NCBI GenBank assembly: GCA_051362555.1
Contig: CM120641.1
Span: 22,630,001-22,694,000 of the forward strand
Length of the DNA stretch: 64,000 nt
Direction: 5' to 3'
DNA from: Lingula anatina
Taxonomy: Eukaryota > Animalia > Brachiopoda
The position numbers were made by a program, and so were the translations under genes. Below the pieces are notes generated by a model. It saw only the letters and a program-made list of their open reading frames with translations. It searched no databases and was not told the origin of the DNA. This document shows, in pieces, positions 1-12,501 of the stretch. Each line of letters opens with the position of its first letter. Positions within the stretch are counted from its first letter, which is position 1.

Positions 1-192
1 AACATATCATTTTCTTTGATGTGGTGTTTGAAGTTTGTACAACTTTTTTTTACCTTTTTATTCTCTTATTTTAATCTTAATTGCTATACAATAACAGCAC
101 TACTAATAGGCATTCCGTGGCTTATGATTGAATGGCATGATTTGTATGTAATTGCAAAGCAAATTTAAAAAATAAGATGAGCTATTTCACAG

Positions 193-1573
193 GGTCTCGT
201 TCTCCTGCAGATTCCAAGCAGCCCAGTATCTTTGCAAAACTGTCCACTATTCCCAAGTCTTCAGATGTAGATGTAGCCTCTGTCTCTAGTACTGCTAGCT
301 CTGGGTTGTTTGGGGCCAGGAACTCACAGCTCTCTTCGGCTCCTTCTTCCTCTCAGAACTTGGATGACATCATAGAAATAGAGTCTATTTCTAGTGTGGC
401 TAGCTCTGCCACTGCTGCCTGTCCTCCAGGAAAGAAAGAAAGTATGCATTTATTACATGATTAGTTATGATTAAAAAGAATTGTATATCTTTAGAAAATC
501 TTGTGGTTGCTTGTCTTGATTATTTTTTTTCCTAAAGTATTTAATATGTTGTTTGCTGTGTTCTGTTGTGGTAGTAGAGGAAGATTTTTATGATAATTGC
601 ACAATTTTGAGGCAAACAGATGGTTTGGTGTTGCTGTAATATTGCATCATTTTGCTAATATTAAAAAAAAAAAGTAGACTCGTGGAGTAAAGCTTGCTAT
701 TGCTCCTGTTTCTGTGAGCAGCCTATGTGCAGTTCAATTACGCATCATAAGAAAAATATGATATTCTTTTTAGCAACAGAATTTTTGACTTTTAACAGTT
801 AACTTAAAAAACTTCCATGTTTTTTTTTATTTTATTTTATTTTTTTTCAAATCTATCACTGGATTGACAACATCAGCTGGAATGAATTTTGAATTTGTAA
901 TAGATTTTGAAAAAAAAGTAAAAAAAGAAACAACTTTTTAAAAGTTCAAGTGAGTTTATATAACTACAAGCAGTTAAGAAAGTTTCTTCTATCCAAAAGG
1001 AATGTTCTTTAGTCAGTAGCTTGAGAAGTAAACCAGCCAATATTCCATCTGCTTACATCATTGAATAGGACTGTAACAGAACTTTATATTCCCTTACTTC
1101 AACACATTTTTGTATTATTTTTTTTACAGAAGCCCCCAAGAAGTCCAAACCCAAGAAAAAGGCCACTTCGGATGGCGACAGTGAAGATGACATGCCAAAG
1201 AAACCCAAGAAGTCTGTAGCGGCCAAGAAGAGGCCCAAAAAGACTGTGAGCTCAGATGATTCTGCTGATGAGTTTTGTCCTAAGAAAAAGAAGTCAACAG
1301 CTGCAAAGGTAAATGAGTTGTTAAGCATTTTTCTCGGTTTCAATTTTCAGTCAGTGATACAAAAAGAACTTGTCATTGTGAATTTGTGACCCTAATTGAA
1401 CACTTTGCTCATAAACATGTCAACACCTTTATTTTTTTCAGAAAAAGAAAGTGGATAATGAAGATATGGAAGGAATGGACTTGAATAACATAATTCCAAA
1501 AGAAAGATCACAGAGAGCAAGGAAGGCTGTCACCTACAACTTTGATGATGACGATGATGATTCGGATTTCTAG
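193..1573 (+). CDS. TOP2: DNA topoisomerase II, C-terminal domain (last three coding exons; gene begins upstream of window)
   Basis: Exons 193-441, 1130-1308 and 1442-1573 have AG/GT boundaries and continuous frame. The Lys/Ser/Asp-rich tail ends ...PKERSQRARKAVTYNFDDDDDDSDF*, matching the TOP2A/B terminal R-A-R/K-K-x-V/I-x-Y + acidic + F motif. Confidence 0.8.
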
Positions 1574-3014
1574 ACTGGAAGTTGATCCACAAGTAGTTTT
1601 TTCAGCACGATGCATGGATCTTAAGAGGAAGAGAAAACTGTGTAAAAACAGAGAAAAACGACGCAAAATTTTATTTTTTGTGCCTTTTTTTTTCTTGAAG
1701 GAGGGATGTTCTTTTAGCTAGAATCTGAGTATACTTGAATTGTGAGGAGTTCAGTAGTTTAATAACAGTCAACAGACACTGTATTGCACAAGATTTATTG
1801 ATAATATTTTTATGAATTTAGTATCTGTGGGAACTTTTGTGATTTTAACTTGTCTTAGAATAATAATATCTTATGTATGGTTTTATCATTGCAAGTGTGA
1901 AGTGCATTAGGTGCTCGTCTCATTGTCATTTGTACATATGCCATTCAGAACACATGAGTAATGTATGATTCTGACACTATGTGAAAGTTATTTTATCTTG
2001 TCCTGCACAATTAAGATACTTTAGTTTGCATAGTATGTCATTGAAATTTATTGTAAGCCGTATAAACCAGTTTATCATTTTATGAAAACTTTGTAGTCTG
2101 AAAGTTGATGTACGATATCTTGTACAATAAAACAGCCTGCTTATTAGTATACAAACGTCTTCATATTCCATTGTTATTAACAGGTTGGAAGCCTTAGGTG
2201 AGGGTCCATTATAGCCTTGATATGCCCTGCAATTTGAAATCAGTTTGTGGCCTTGAACAGTACTGTAAATTGCTGTTATCCGTAAAAAGTGCTTGAATTT
2301 CATTTTTGTCCTTGAAAGGTAGGCCTACTTGAATTTGATCTCTAATGTAAGCTTTACAAAATTTATGAAATATTGCTCATGGCTTACTCGTACAGAATAT
2401 TGCCGGTGAACTTAACTTAAATATTGAAAGTGTGCTGACACAGTATGTATTGACGGTTGGTCGGAAAACTAAGAGAGTGGGAACAGTGAAAAACATTCAC
2501 TTCTTTTGGACAGACCATCCTTGTCGAGGTGAAAACTGATTTTTTTCAACTCTTCGGTAATCGATCTTGCCTACAGTTTTCGATTCTATTTCCTTGACTA
2601 TTTTTTCAATGTTTGGTGTCTGCATATTTGTCGGCCTTGCGCAGTTGCATTATGCAACACTGTGATGACGAAAATCGATAGCAAGAACTTATAACAATAA
2701 GCACTTAAGTACATACAAGATTATGTTTAGCGGGAAAAACTGACCAATTACAGTGCATAAATGACCACTAAATTGGTGTCGAAGTAAACCACTCACCGCG
2801 GGACAGCTTGTGTAAATATGATTTTGATATTGTGCAAACGGTTAAATGTGATTTAATTATTGGTTGCTATTTGTCATATGAGAATGCCCCGGATTATAGC
2901 TGAGATCCCCCCCTCCCCCATATCAGGCAATCGTCCTATTGCCACGCACTAGCCGCGCAAGACTATCTGGACATCTGAGTTTACGTTGCCCACCTGTAAG
3001 GAAAATTGATCATC

Positions 3015-4038
3015 ATGGAGGCTTTTCTAGGAGAATGGGTGGCCGTTAAGGATAACACGGACTGGACGCCGTTCTTAAGGGCCTCAGGTAGGCCGTCACT
3101 TTTTAGAGTTTTTAAAATGGTCTTCAGAGCGCGTCTAAAGTTATGCGGCTTTATCTCTATATTCAGATGCTTTACTGGCATGTAAATTAGTAGACTATAG
3201 TGCCAGTGGCAAGGAATATTCCAATTGTTTGAAACGAGAAAGTTATGAATTAAACTTTGCTAAAAGAAAATTATCAATCGAAAAAAAATAATTTTAAGGA
3301 AACTGTTTAAAACAGTTATGTTGCAACATTGATCAGACAACAGAAAAAACTATTTTGGAGAACAGATGCAATTAGGAAAAAAAAACGAACAAATCTGCTT
3401 TGCAGACTAGAATTTCGTTATTTTTCAGTCCCCAAACAGTCTGTTGACCGTTTGTACCGTCTTTTTGACAGGGGACGTAGAATTTGTATTTTCTATATCT
3501 GATTTATTTCTTTAGGCATGGATGATGAGAAGATTGAGTATTATAAGAAACTCGACCAAGAGAATGAGACAATAGTATCCCTGACCAAGGATGGAGACGG
3601 TTTCTTCTTCAAATCTGATTGCGGCCCAATTAAATTTTCGAACAAATTCCAGCTTGGAAAGCCTTATGATGTAACCATGGATGAAATGAGCTTCAAGGTA
3701 ATACTGCACATGTAAAGTCAGTTTTTTTCTCAACTTCCATTCACATAACGCAAATTCCCAGGTCAAAACTTAAAAAACATCAGGTTTTCTCTTAGTCACC
3801 GAGCTGGTAGTCGGTAAATATAACATTTAATCATTTGGATCAGCAGATATTGGTATTTTCTCCTATTTTGATGTTGTTTTACAATGTCTTGATCGTTCAA
3901 TCAATCTGTTACAAGGGCGTCTTTAAGTTGGAGGACGGAGTTCTGAAAGACGAGTCGATGTTTGCAGGCAGCAAGACTTCAAACCCAAGTGAAAAGACCG
4001 TCACCACAAGAACAATTAGCGGCGACAAGATGATAACT

Positions 4039-4108
<70 letters not shown>

Positions 4109-4246
4109 CGCGCGCGCGTGCAGCACAAAGCGTCACCCCAAAGTTAGGCAAAATTAACAGTTTAAAAATACTGACCTTTTTTTCTTTATTTCCAGGTATC
4201 AACGACTGCGGGTATCTCACTTACCAGAACATTCAAAAAGAAGTAA
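3015..4246 (+). CDS. Fatty acid-binding protein / intracellular lipid-binding protein family, copy 1 (about 142 aa)
   Basis: Exons 3015-3087, 3516-3697, 3916-4038 and 4196-4246. This is the canonical iLBP four-exon layout (73-nt phase-1 first exon, 51-nt last exon). Motifs: FLGEW, FQLGKPYD, TTRTISGDKM, LTRTFKK. Confidence 0.88.
4044..4106. repeat. Compound (CT)n(CA)n microsatellite at the start of FABP copy 1 intron 3
   Basis: Directly visible after the GTAAGT donor. Confidence 0.95.
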
Positions 4247-5450
4247 ACAGTCGTCAGATCTTCAGCTACAACAAAAACTAAAAACCAGAGGCAATATATA
4301 TCTTCTAAAAGGATCCCTAATATATTAATCATAAATTTGAGAAATTAAGATTGACGCAGTTATTCTCTCTTTTTTTAACCCCTCTTGACTCTCAAACGTC
4401 ACCTGAACCAGTGGAGATGGATTTATTCACACAGGAAACAAGACGCCTACGTACAGGTGGAGTTAAAATCTACTCGAAGCGGCTCCCCCTGGCCGAAGTG
4501 ACTGGATGGACTTAGTAATGTTTACAAAGTTTGCTCTCTTTGCTGTAATCCTACATGCACATATTTGTTATACCTGGATATTGCGTCCTAGGTAATACTA
4601 ACGACGACAACCAATTTGAGCTTTCAACTTTCAACGTTAACTCACAGAACTGTTTTTTTTATACAAATGCAAGGGTATTCTGTCTCAATACGGATCACAG
4701 GTTTATTTGTTTGTTTACAACATTTTTTGGCGTGATTAAAGGAATCTTCCCAATCTAATTTGTCAATCTTCTTATATCTTCAATTTAAGGTAATATCTTT
4801 GAGCCTTGATTATGTATCCTACAATTAAATACCCAAAAATTGCTATTGCATCATAGTTGGAAAGTTCTCAAAGTCCAGTTTGCAACTGTTATCCACGCAA
4901 GAAAGATGTTTTGATTACGAAATAAAGCTATCAACTCGGAGCTTATGTGACTTCGACAATTTTCATTCTCGTCAAATACAAAATCAATCGTGGCATTTTT
5001 TTGTCTTTGAGCAAAATTAAACTTGTACTTTATAACTTGCTTAGCTTACACTTATTTGAATTTACTTTACTTATTTATTTGCAAATAACTTCACAATATA
5101 CACCTTCCCAGCACAGTATATCAAATGGTCAATATTTGATTCTTGAAGCTGATTGGTCAATTCCCCCAACCCCCTCAAAATTAATTTTCATTATTTTTAC
5201 TTGCTAAAAATCTCTGCGCTTTACACTAGTGCGTTTGTGAATTTGTTTGTGGTAAATTTTGGTTCGACGATAGAGGCCTTAATTTTGGAAATTTTTCTTT
5301 CAAATATATAAATGTAAAATTTCATAAATAGATGATCATTAGTTAATACTTATTGAATTAAGTGTGCATAAGTTCGCAAGGCCTTGCTCTTTGAGTAATA
5401 TTATTAATTAATTAAGGGATCATCACCAAAGTTAATCGATTCTACATGTA

Positions 5451-6743
5451 GGGGAGACCGGGGCTAGTTGGACCCCGGGGTAAGTTGGACCCCCGTCAAT
5501 TTATGAAAAAGTAACTACGAGGTAAAAAAATTGGCCACATACTCTTGTAAAGTGACCGTAGCCTACAATGCTAAGGAAGTGTCGGACGTTAAAAAGTTTT
5601 ACTTAAGCGGTGAGTCGAAATAAACGATTTTTGCACCTAAAAGTAATTTTGTTTAAGAGATTTAAAAATCTATTTTCATAGGATTTTGATCGAATATAAG
5701 ATATGTATATCGCATCAAACTGAAGCTCATTGTTTCAAGTTTCACAGAGATGTATCATCGTTGTTTATTCTAGCACCATAAATGGCTACCATCCTTTAAA
5801 ATACATAATGTGCACCCGGGGCTAGTTGGCCCTCTTGACTCGGGGCAAGTTGGACCCTCGTATTACCCACAATCCTTTGCGCGCAACGCTGTTTGAAATG
5901 AACAAGTTGGTGAAATTGACAAAGCTTGCCGGTGTTTACCGTCTGATTGATTTTTATTTAATTTGCTCTCTGGTGTCTTTTTGAAAATTTATATTAGAAA
6001 TGTTCTGTTGATTGTAAGTATTAAAAGCAAATCCATTGGACTTTCCTTAGAAAAAACATTTATTTTGCCTTAATTCATTGTAAGGGGATTCTCTTTGTAT
6101 TCATAGTGTTATATGTGGCCCCAAGGGGATTTTCCACCCCTCCCTAGCTAGAGACCATTGTTGAAACAAACTCAATGGTTTAAAACTGAATTTGTTACTT
6201 TCTTTTAAAAAGAAAATTTATTATTCGTTTTCATTCATTAAAAACCTTCTTTATACCATTATTAATTTTTTCTTAATTAAAACAAAACAAATTTTATTGA
6301 TAGATATTTTGGTTCTTACAACACATACCCCCCCCCCCCCCCCTCTTCAACGTGACGTACGGAAACCTCAATAAATCTGCCTCATTTGAACTATTTATTC
6401 ATCAAAGACTCTCAAAAATCAATTTAATAAATTAAAAATGTATAAAAATGTATTTCAAGGCGTTTACATGGGATATGTACTTCATTTTCGTATAGGGGGG
6501 CCAACTTGCCCCGACCCTGGGGCCAACTTGCTCCGTGGCGGGGCAAGTTGGCCCCCCTGACGTCAACTGCGTTTTTTGTCAAATTGTGAGCCATCTGGCA
6601 TTATATTTGAAAAACAATGACGTTGCATACGTAGCTTAGTTCATGGGGCTTACTTTGAAACAGCTTTTGTTACTCTAACCCATTCCTAGTTGGCTCTACA
6701 AGGCAAAAAGTGTCTCACTGGGCCAACTAGCCCCGGTCTCCCC
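5451..6743. mobile_element. Non-autonomous TIR DNA transposon (MITE) with TA target-site duplication, probably Tc1/mariner-pogo type
   Basis: Perfect 21-bp TIR GGGGAGACCGGGGCTAGTTGG (5451-5471) with its reverse complement at 6723-6743. TA on both flanks (5449-50, 6744-45). Internal repeats of GGGG(C/T)(A/T)AGTTGG near 5477, 5818, 5842 and 6497-6556. No transposase ORF. Confidence 0.9.
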
Positions 6744-7465
6744 TAAGTTAGCCCCTTTCTGACCTATCCTCAAATTTAAGTCTAAATCAGATCGTAACTT
6801 TTTAAGTTGGACTGTTTAAAGTTAACTGTCTGCATTTGAAATGGCCCTAAAATCATTTTCTTTGTCTGTATATCCTGAAAAGGTACTTATCTTTTCTTAT
6901 TCAGAAAATCGCTCGAATGAAATTACCTGTTCCAAACTAAAGCATTGGCATAATGTCTAATACAAGTGCCGAGACGGGCGAGCAGGAGAAAATCACTTTT
7001 TTACGGCAAATTCGATTTGGCGGGAAAATCCCAGAAACTAACAAAGGCCAAAGTAAATCTGCTTGGTCGAGGAAATAATGATATGCAGGCACAATTTTTA
7101 ATGCACACATTAGTCATTTTATCAATATTGTGCAACACTGCGATTGCCAAACACAAGTACCAAAGTTCAAACAAGATTATGAAAAGCGGGAAAATTTGAC
7201 CAATCAAAGACCATAAAAAAAGGGATCATGGATCGAAATGAATCACACAGCACGTGACAACTTCGATAAATTTGATTTTAGTGTTGTGCAAACAGTTTAA
7301 CGCGATCCAATCCATTGGTTACTATTTGTCATTTGAGAGAGACCTGGATCACAACAGGGGGCCTCTTTATCAAACCGCCATCTGCTCGGCATCACGTACT
7401 CCACGCACAGAACTCTGTGGATCACGTTAGTTAACTTCGCCCACCTGTAACTAGAATTTATCGTC

Positions 7466-8531
7466 ATGGAGGCTTTTCTGGGAGATTGGGTGTCCATCAG
7501 GGATGAAGTTGACTGGACGCCGTTCATGAAGGCATCAGGTAGGCAGTCCTTTTTTAGAGTTTTTAAAATGGTCTGTAGAGTCTGTCCTTACGCTGTTTTG
7601 CCTCTGCATTTAGAATTACTGGCATGCAGATTCGCGCCGGTAGCAAATTATATTGCAATTTTGTTTGAAATGAGAACGTTTTTAATTAAACTTTTCTGAA
7701 AGTTCATTATTAATCAAAGAATTGGACATTTTTGTTTAACGAAAAAGAAAAAAAGATAAAAAGACTGAACTTACCTGCTTGAATGTATAATAAGTATTTC
7801 GTTATTCGTCAGTCACTGAACATGTTTGTTGGTTAAACTTTGTGCTGTCTTAATGACAAGGGAGCCAGGATTTGCATTTTTATATCTCATATTTAAGGTA
7901 TGGATGATGAGAAGATTGAGTTTTATAATAAGCTCGACAAAGAGCATGACACGATAATGACCTTTGCTAAGGAGGGAGACGGTTACATCTTCAAATCTGA
8001 AAGCGGCCCAGTTAAATATTCACTCAACTTTCAACTGGGCAAGCCTTATGAAATGACCTTCGATGAAATGAACATCACGGTAAGACCGCAAATGTCCAGT
8101 GTTCTCTTTTACTTCTACCCACTTACTTTTAAACCAAGACTTATAAAAACCAAGAATATTCTTCAATTACACGCAGAGATGGAAGCCGATAGAAATAACT
8201 GCTGAGGTTAATTTTAATTTCACAAATACTGATATGTTCTCCTATTTCGATGTCGTTTTACAACTTTTTGTTTGTGACATCCATCTTACATCTGAATACT
8301 TTTTCTCTAATGGACGAGATGACAACGTTAAAATTTTCCTCATAAAAATAATAACATGGTTTAAGAACTCATCTGCATCTCTGAGATATTTTATCAAAAT
8401 AACATTTTATGATTATCTTCTTTCAGGGCATTTTTAAACTTGAGAACGGAGCTCTGATAGACGAGTCAAAGATTTCAGGCAATAACGCGACCGTAACCTC
8501 AAGAACAATTAGCGGCGACACGATGGTAGCT

Positions 8532-8608
<77 letters not shown>

Positions 8609-8725
8609 CTTTTAACGTCAACTCAAAGTTGGTTAGAAGAAAAAAGTATATAACCTGTCTATTTTAATTTCCAGGAATCAACGACCGGAGGTATCACACT
8701 TAGCAGATCATACAAAAAGAAGTAA
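7466..8725 (+). CDS. Fatty acid-binding protein family, copy 2 (about 136 aa)
   Basis: Exons 7466-7538, 7898-8079, 8427-8531 and 8675-8725, with the same phases as copy 1. MEAFLGDW...FQLGKPYE...TSRTISGDTM...LSRSYKKK*. Confidence 0.88.
8537..8606. repeat. Compound (CT)n(CA)n microsatellite at the start of FABP copy 2 intron 3
   Basis: Directly visible, at the same position as in copy 1. Confidence 0.95.
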
Positions 8726-8995
8726 TCGCCCTCCACATTTTCAATTATGACGGAAACTAGGAATTATTGGGAAACATATCTTCTAAAAGGCCTTCTAATA
8801 TTTGAATCATAAATTTGAAAAATACATTGATTTGGATAGACGCAGTTCCTCTCTCCTTAAAGGCTTTTTCTGAACCGCCCTTGCCTCTCAAACGTCGACT
8901 GAACCAGGGGGACTAGATTTATTAAGACACAAAACAAGACGCCGGGCTGCAGAATTCTAGAAGCACCTCGCCTGGGTAGAAGAGGATTGGCTGAG

Positions 8996-9317
8996 CAATG
9001 TTTACAAAGTTAGCTTTTTTTGCTGTAATCCTATATGCAAATAACGGGCATTGAGCGTTAATGCTGCACCATAAACAGTATTTCACTTTCTGTACCACAA
9101 TTAACTTCACCTGTGATATGCTTGAAAGAAGTATTTTATAAAGGACAATTATAAGCAGTGCCTACAAATTCAGCTTTTTTTTTCTGTTATCCTATATGCA
9201 AATAATGGGCATTTCTCAAAGCGTATTTGCTGCACCATAAACAGTATTTCACTTTCTGTGCCACAATTAACTTCACCTGCGATATGCTATATAGAAGTAT
9301 TTTATCATGGACAATAA
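8996..9317. repeat. Two-copy direct tandem duplication (about 160-165 bp) downstream of FABP copy 2
   Basis: The block ...tcctatatgcaaataa...gctgcaccataaacagtatttcactttctgt...ccacaattaacttcacctg...agaagtattttat... occurs at about 8996-9150 and again at about 9156-9317. Confidence 0.85.
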
Positions 9318-9666
9318 ATGATGTAAACAACGTTGAAAACTCACTGCATAGCGATTTGCAATTCGAAACTTTGGTATTTGCAGATAATTCATGCGAATTA
9401 CGTAGAAAACTGAATAAATCTCAAATTTTGGAAGTTAAGCTTTATTCATCTTTAAACGCTTTTCTTATCATTTTATATTTATTTTTTTCATTTCCAGTGC
9501 TTGAAATCTTTTCAACATAATTTACTCTAAACTAGTGATCGATCAGAGGAAATAAAACTTGGTATCTCGCTTACACTATTTAACGCATGATATTGTGATA
9601 AAGATAAGGCTCTGAAAACCCACCCACAGCTCACTAACCCCCCCCCCCCTCGGTTTAGCCTCTATG

Positions 9667-9669
<3 letters not shown>

Positions 9670-9722
<53 letters not shown>
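9670..9722. repeat. (TA)n microsatellite
   Basis: Directly visible. Confidence 0.95.
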
Positions 9723-9726
<4 letters not shown>

Positions 9727-10057
9727 TCATTTTCATCTTGCTGTAACTGTAAAATGTATTCACACAAAATGCAATTTGAGAACGCGTGACTGTGTGTTTG
9801 AAGCGGCAAATTTCGGCCGATCACAAAACCCAACAGAAGTTAATTACGTGTCGTAGTGAAGAAAGCACTTTGCGCTGGCTTAAATCGATCTCTTCTTGTC
9901 GCCATCCAAACAACTTTAAACGAAACTCGATGGGCCGGTTGCTATTTGCTTTTTAACGTGCCTCAGTGTATAACAGGGGGGTTAATATAAACCTCTTATT
10001 CAACCGCTCCCTGTGCAATCAGAAAACGTTGCCCGTCTGCAAGAAAAGACAGTCATT

Positions 10058-11435
10058 ATGGACGCTTTTCTAGGAAAATGGATCGCCATAAAGGATGACG
10101 TAGACTGGACGCCATTCATGAAGGCGGCTGGTACGTTAAAACATGCACTACTTCACTAGAAATTCAACAAGTTTGCACAAAAAATGAATAAAATGAATAA
10201 TTACCCGAAGAAATGGTCTATTGGGTAAAGAAAAGAGTGCTAGGGAGCGATAAATATTTTGACATTCAGATTGAACAATAATTTAACCATCATTCAATCA
10301 AAATCCCAAAATATCAGAGAGAAAACTAAGCTTTTGTTGCAGATCTTGTCACCAAACACAATAAGCAAGCCTAGCACTGTGGGAAGCTGCAACATTTGCA
10401 GCACCATTTTTAATTGATTACGCCACGTCTCCATCGCAAACCTGCCGTCTGCTAAATGTTCTGGGTATTTATTAAAACGAAATACAAAATACAGCGCTTA
10501 GAACTATGTCTGCTTTATTTCTGTAGGTATGACTGAAGATCAAATCCAATTTTTCATAAAAAACGACAAGGAAAATGATACTAAAGTCACCTTCAGTCAA
10601 GAAGGAGATAAGTACATTTATCACTCGGACTCTGGTCCAATGACATACACAGTCCAGTTTCAGCTTGGAAAGCCTTTCGACGTGAAGCTAAAGGAGGGCA
10701 TGGGTGTCAAGGTAAGGAGGCATGCACTGGCCAGTGTCTGGTATTCCAGTGTCTTCCTCCACTTTTCACGCACTAGCCAAACCAAAAATATTATTCTCCT
10801 TTTGCCATTTAACCCATTTTGATCGAATGGCGAGGAGGGGTGTGATCCAACCGGAAAACCTGCAAATATACTTTATTGGTTCGTAAAAAGACATATATAT
10901 TCAGTCATTAAGTTACATAAGTAAATCTGTACATGCCACAATATGTTTTTACACATTAAAATTCTTGTTGCATTGATGTTGTCGTCATCTAGTACTATTT
11001 AACAATTATGCATTTCTAGGGTGTAACTACTTTTGAGAATGGGCAGTTAAAGACGGAGTCGCAAATGACAAATTGCAAACCTACTTCACACATCAGAACA
11101 GTTAGCGGTGGTAAAATGAAAATTGTAAGTCTCTCTCTCTCTTCGTTCCCTTCATAATTGTCAATATATAAATATAATAATGTTATTTCCATTTTCTTAA
11201 CCTTTTACATTGCATGATAACTCATAAACGGGCAACTTTGTTGTTGGTTGTCAAGGTGACTCTTTATTTTCAAATGTTCAAATAAGACAAAGCAAAAACG
11301 TTCCAAATTCCTGTCGCGTATATTATCAAGCGTCCCCCATTGTCGAAAAGAAAGAAATAAAATCATAGGATTCTCTATTTCTAGGTTTCAACGGCCGGTA
11401 ATGTGACACTTGCTAGAGAATTTCAAAAGATGTAG
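10058..11435 (+). CDS. Fatty acid-binding protein family, copy 3 (about 137 aa, more divergent)
   Basis: Exons 10058-10130, 10527-10711, 11020-11124 and 11385-11435. MDAFLGKW...FQLGKPFD...HIRTVSGGKM...LAREFQKM*. Confidence 0.88.
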
Positions 11436-12328
11436 GTAACCGCCGAGGCTTCAGATACGACGAACAGGAAAATAATTGTTGATACACGTACATGCAGTGT
11501 TAGTCATGTTGTTTTCTACAGAGACCAGTACACGTTTTTGAAGGAGCCTACATCTCTTTTATTGCTAAATACTAAAAGCGCACAATCTTTTTTTCGCGAC
11601 TCCAACAGTCCCTAGTCAGCCTAGACTCCCCAAGAAATAAAGGCGGCTTTGTTCACACTAGACGCGTGACTCACGAGCAAACTGACAAAGTTAAATCACT
11701 TTGAAGCATGTCACCCAGGCACAAGTCGGTGGATTGAGCAATGTCTATTAGTTTGCATTCCTTGCTGTTATCCAAAGAACACACATTACTCAGCACACTT
11801 ATTTTGTACTTTGTAAGCGCTATCATGTGTTTGTTTTGCCCCAGACAGTGAAGATTGTGAGTTCATGGTGATGGTATATTTTCCATCCGTGTCAAAGCCA
11901 CGACCCTGACATTGTATGTATGCAGCAAATACTCAAAACGTGAGGATTTGAAATTGCTCGAGAATTCCCTTTTTGTAACGTCGGTCCACTAGATAAATAA
12001 ATTGAAATGAATGTGAGTCGAGATTTTTGTATTCAGTTGTGATTGAATATAATGTGAAAAACTGACATGTTTTGTGTTCTTTCGTTACATTTTTACATAC
12101 GTTTTTTTTATCAAGATTTGACATTTTAGAAGACTTAAAGCAATCTTTTAAAATCGCCAATCAAAATATCTCCAAAACAATATAACATTATAGATATCTT
12201 ATTTTCATAATGTTGGAAGAGTTGTCTATTCTGACTACCTGAGATTGCCTTGACACACTATTTAGGAACACGATCTGACCATTGGCCTAGATACACTGTG
12301 GTATCACCAAGAATACGTCAAGGAGAAA

Positions 12329-12501
12329 CCAGCGTTGCCAGGAATGGTAGTCCTAGGAATCGAAGCCAGTAGTTCCAAATGATAAATAAAGGTTAGGGTT
12401 AGTCGGAGTATCTGGGTTAGTATATGGGACGAATGTCACCTGTGCAAAGAAATTGGGAGAGGAGAACTGTTCCCAGCGGACTACCATTCCTGTCACACTG
12501 G
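12329..12501 (+). mobile_element. Short (about 170 bp) MITE-like element, copy 1
   Basis: Imperfect TIR CCAGCGTTGCCAGGAATGGTAGTCC / GGACTACCATTCCTGTCACACTGG with an internal GGTTAGGGTTAG. An inverted homologous copy lies at 34069-34240 and a deleted copy at 45391-45451. Confidence 0.75.
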
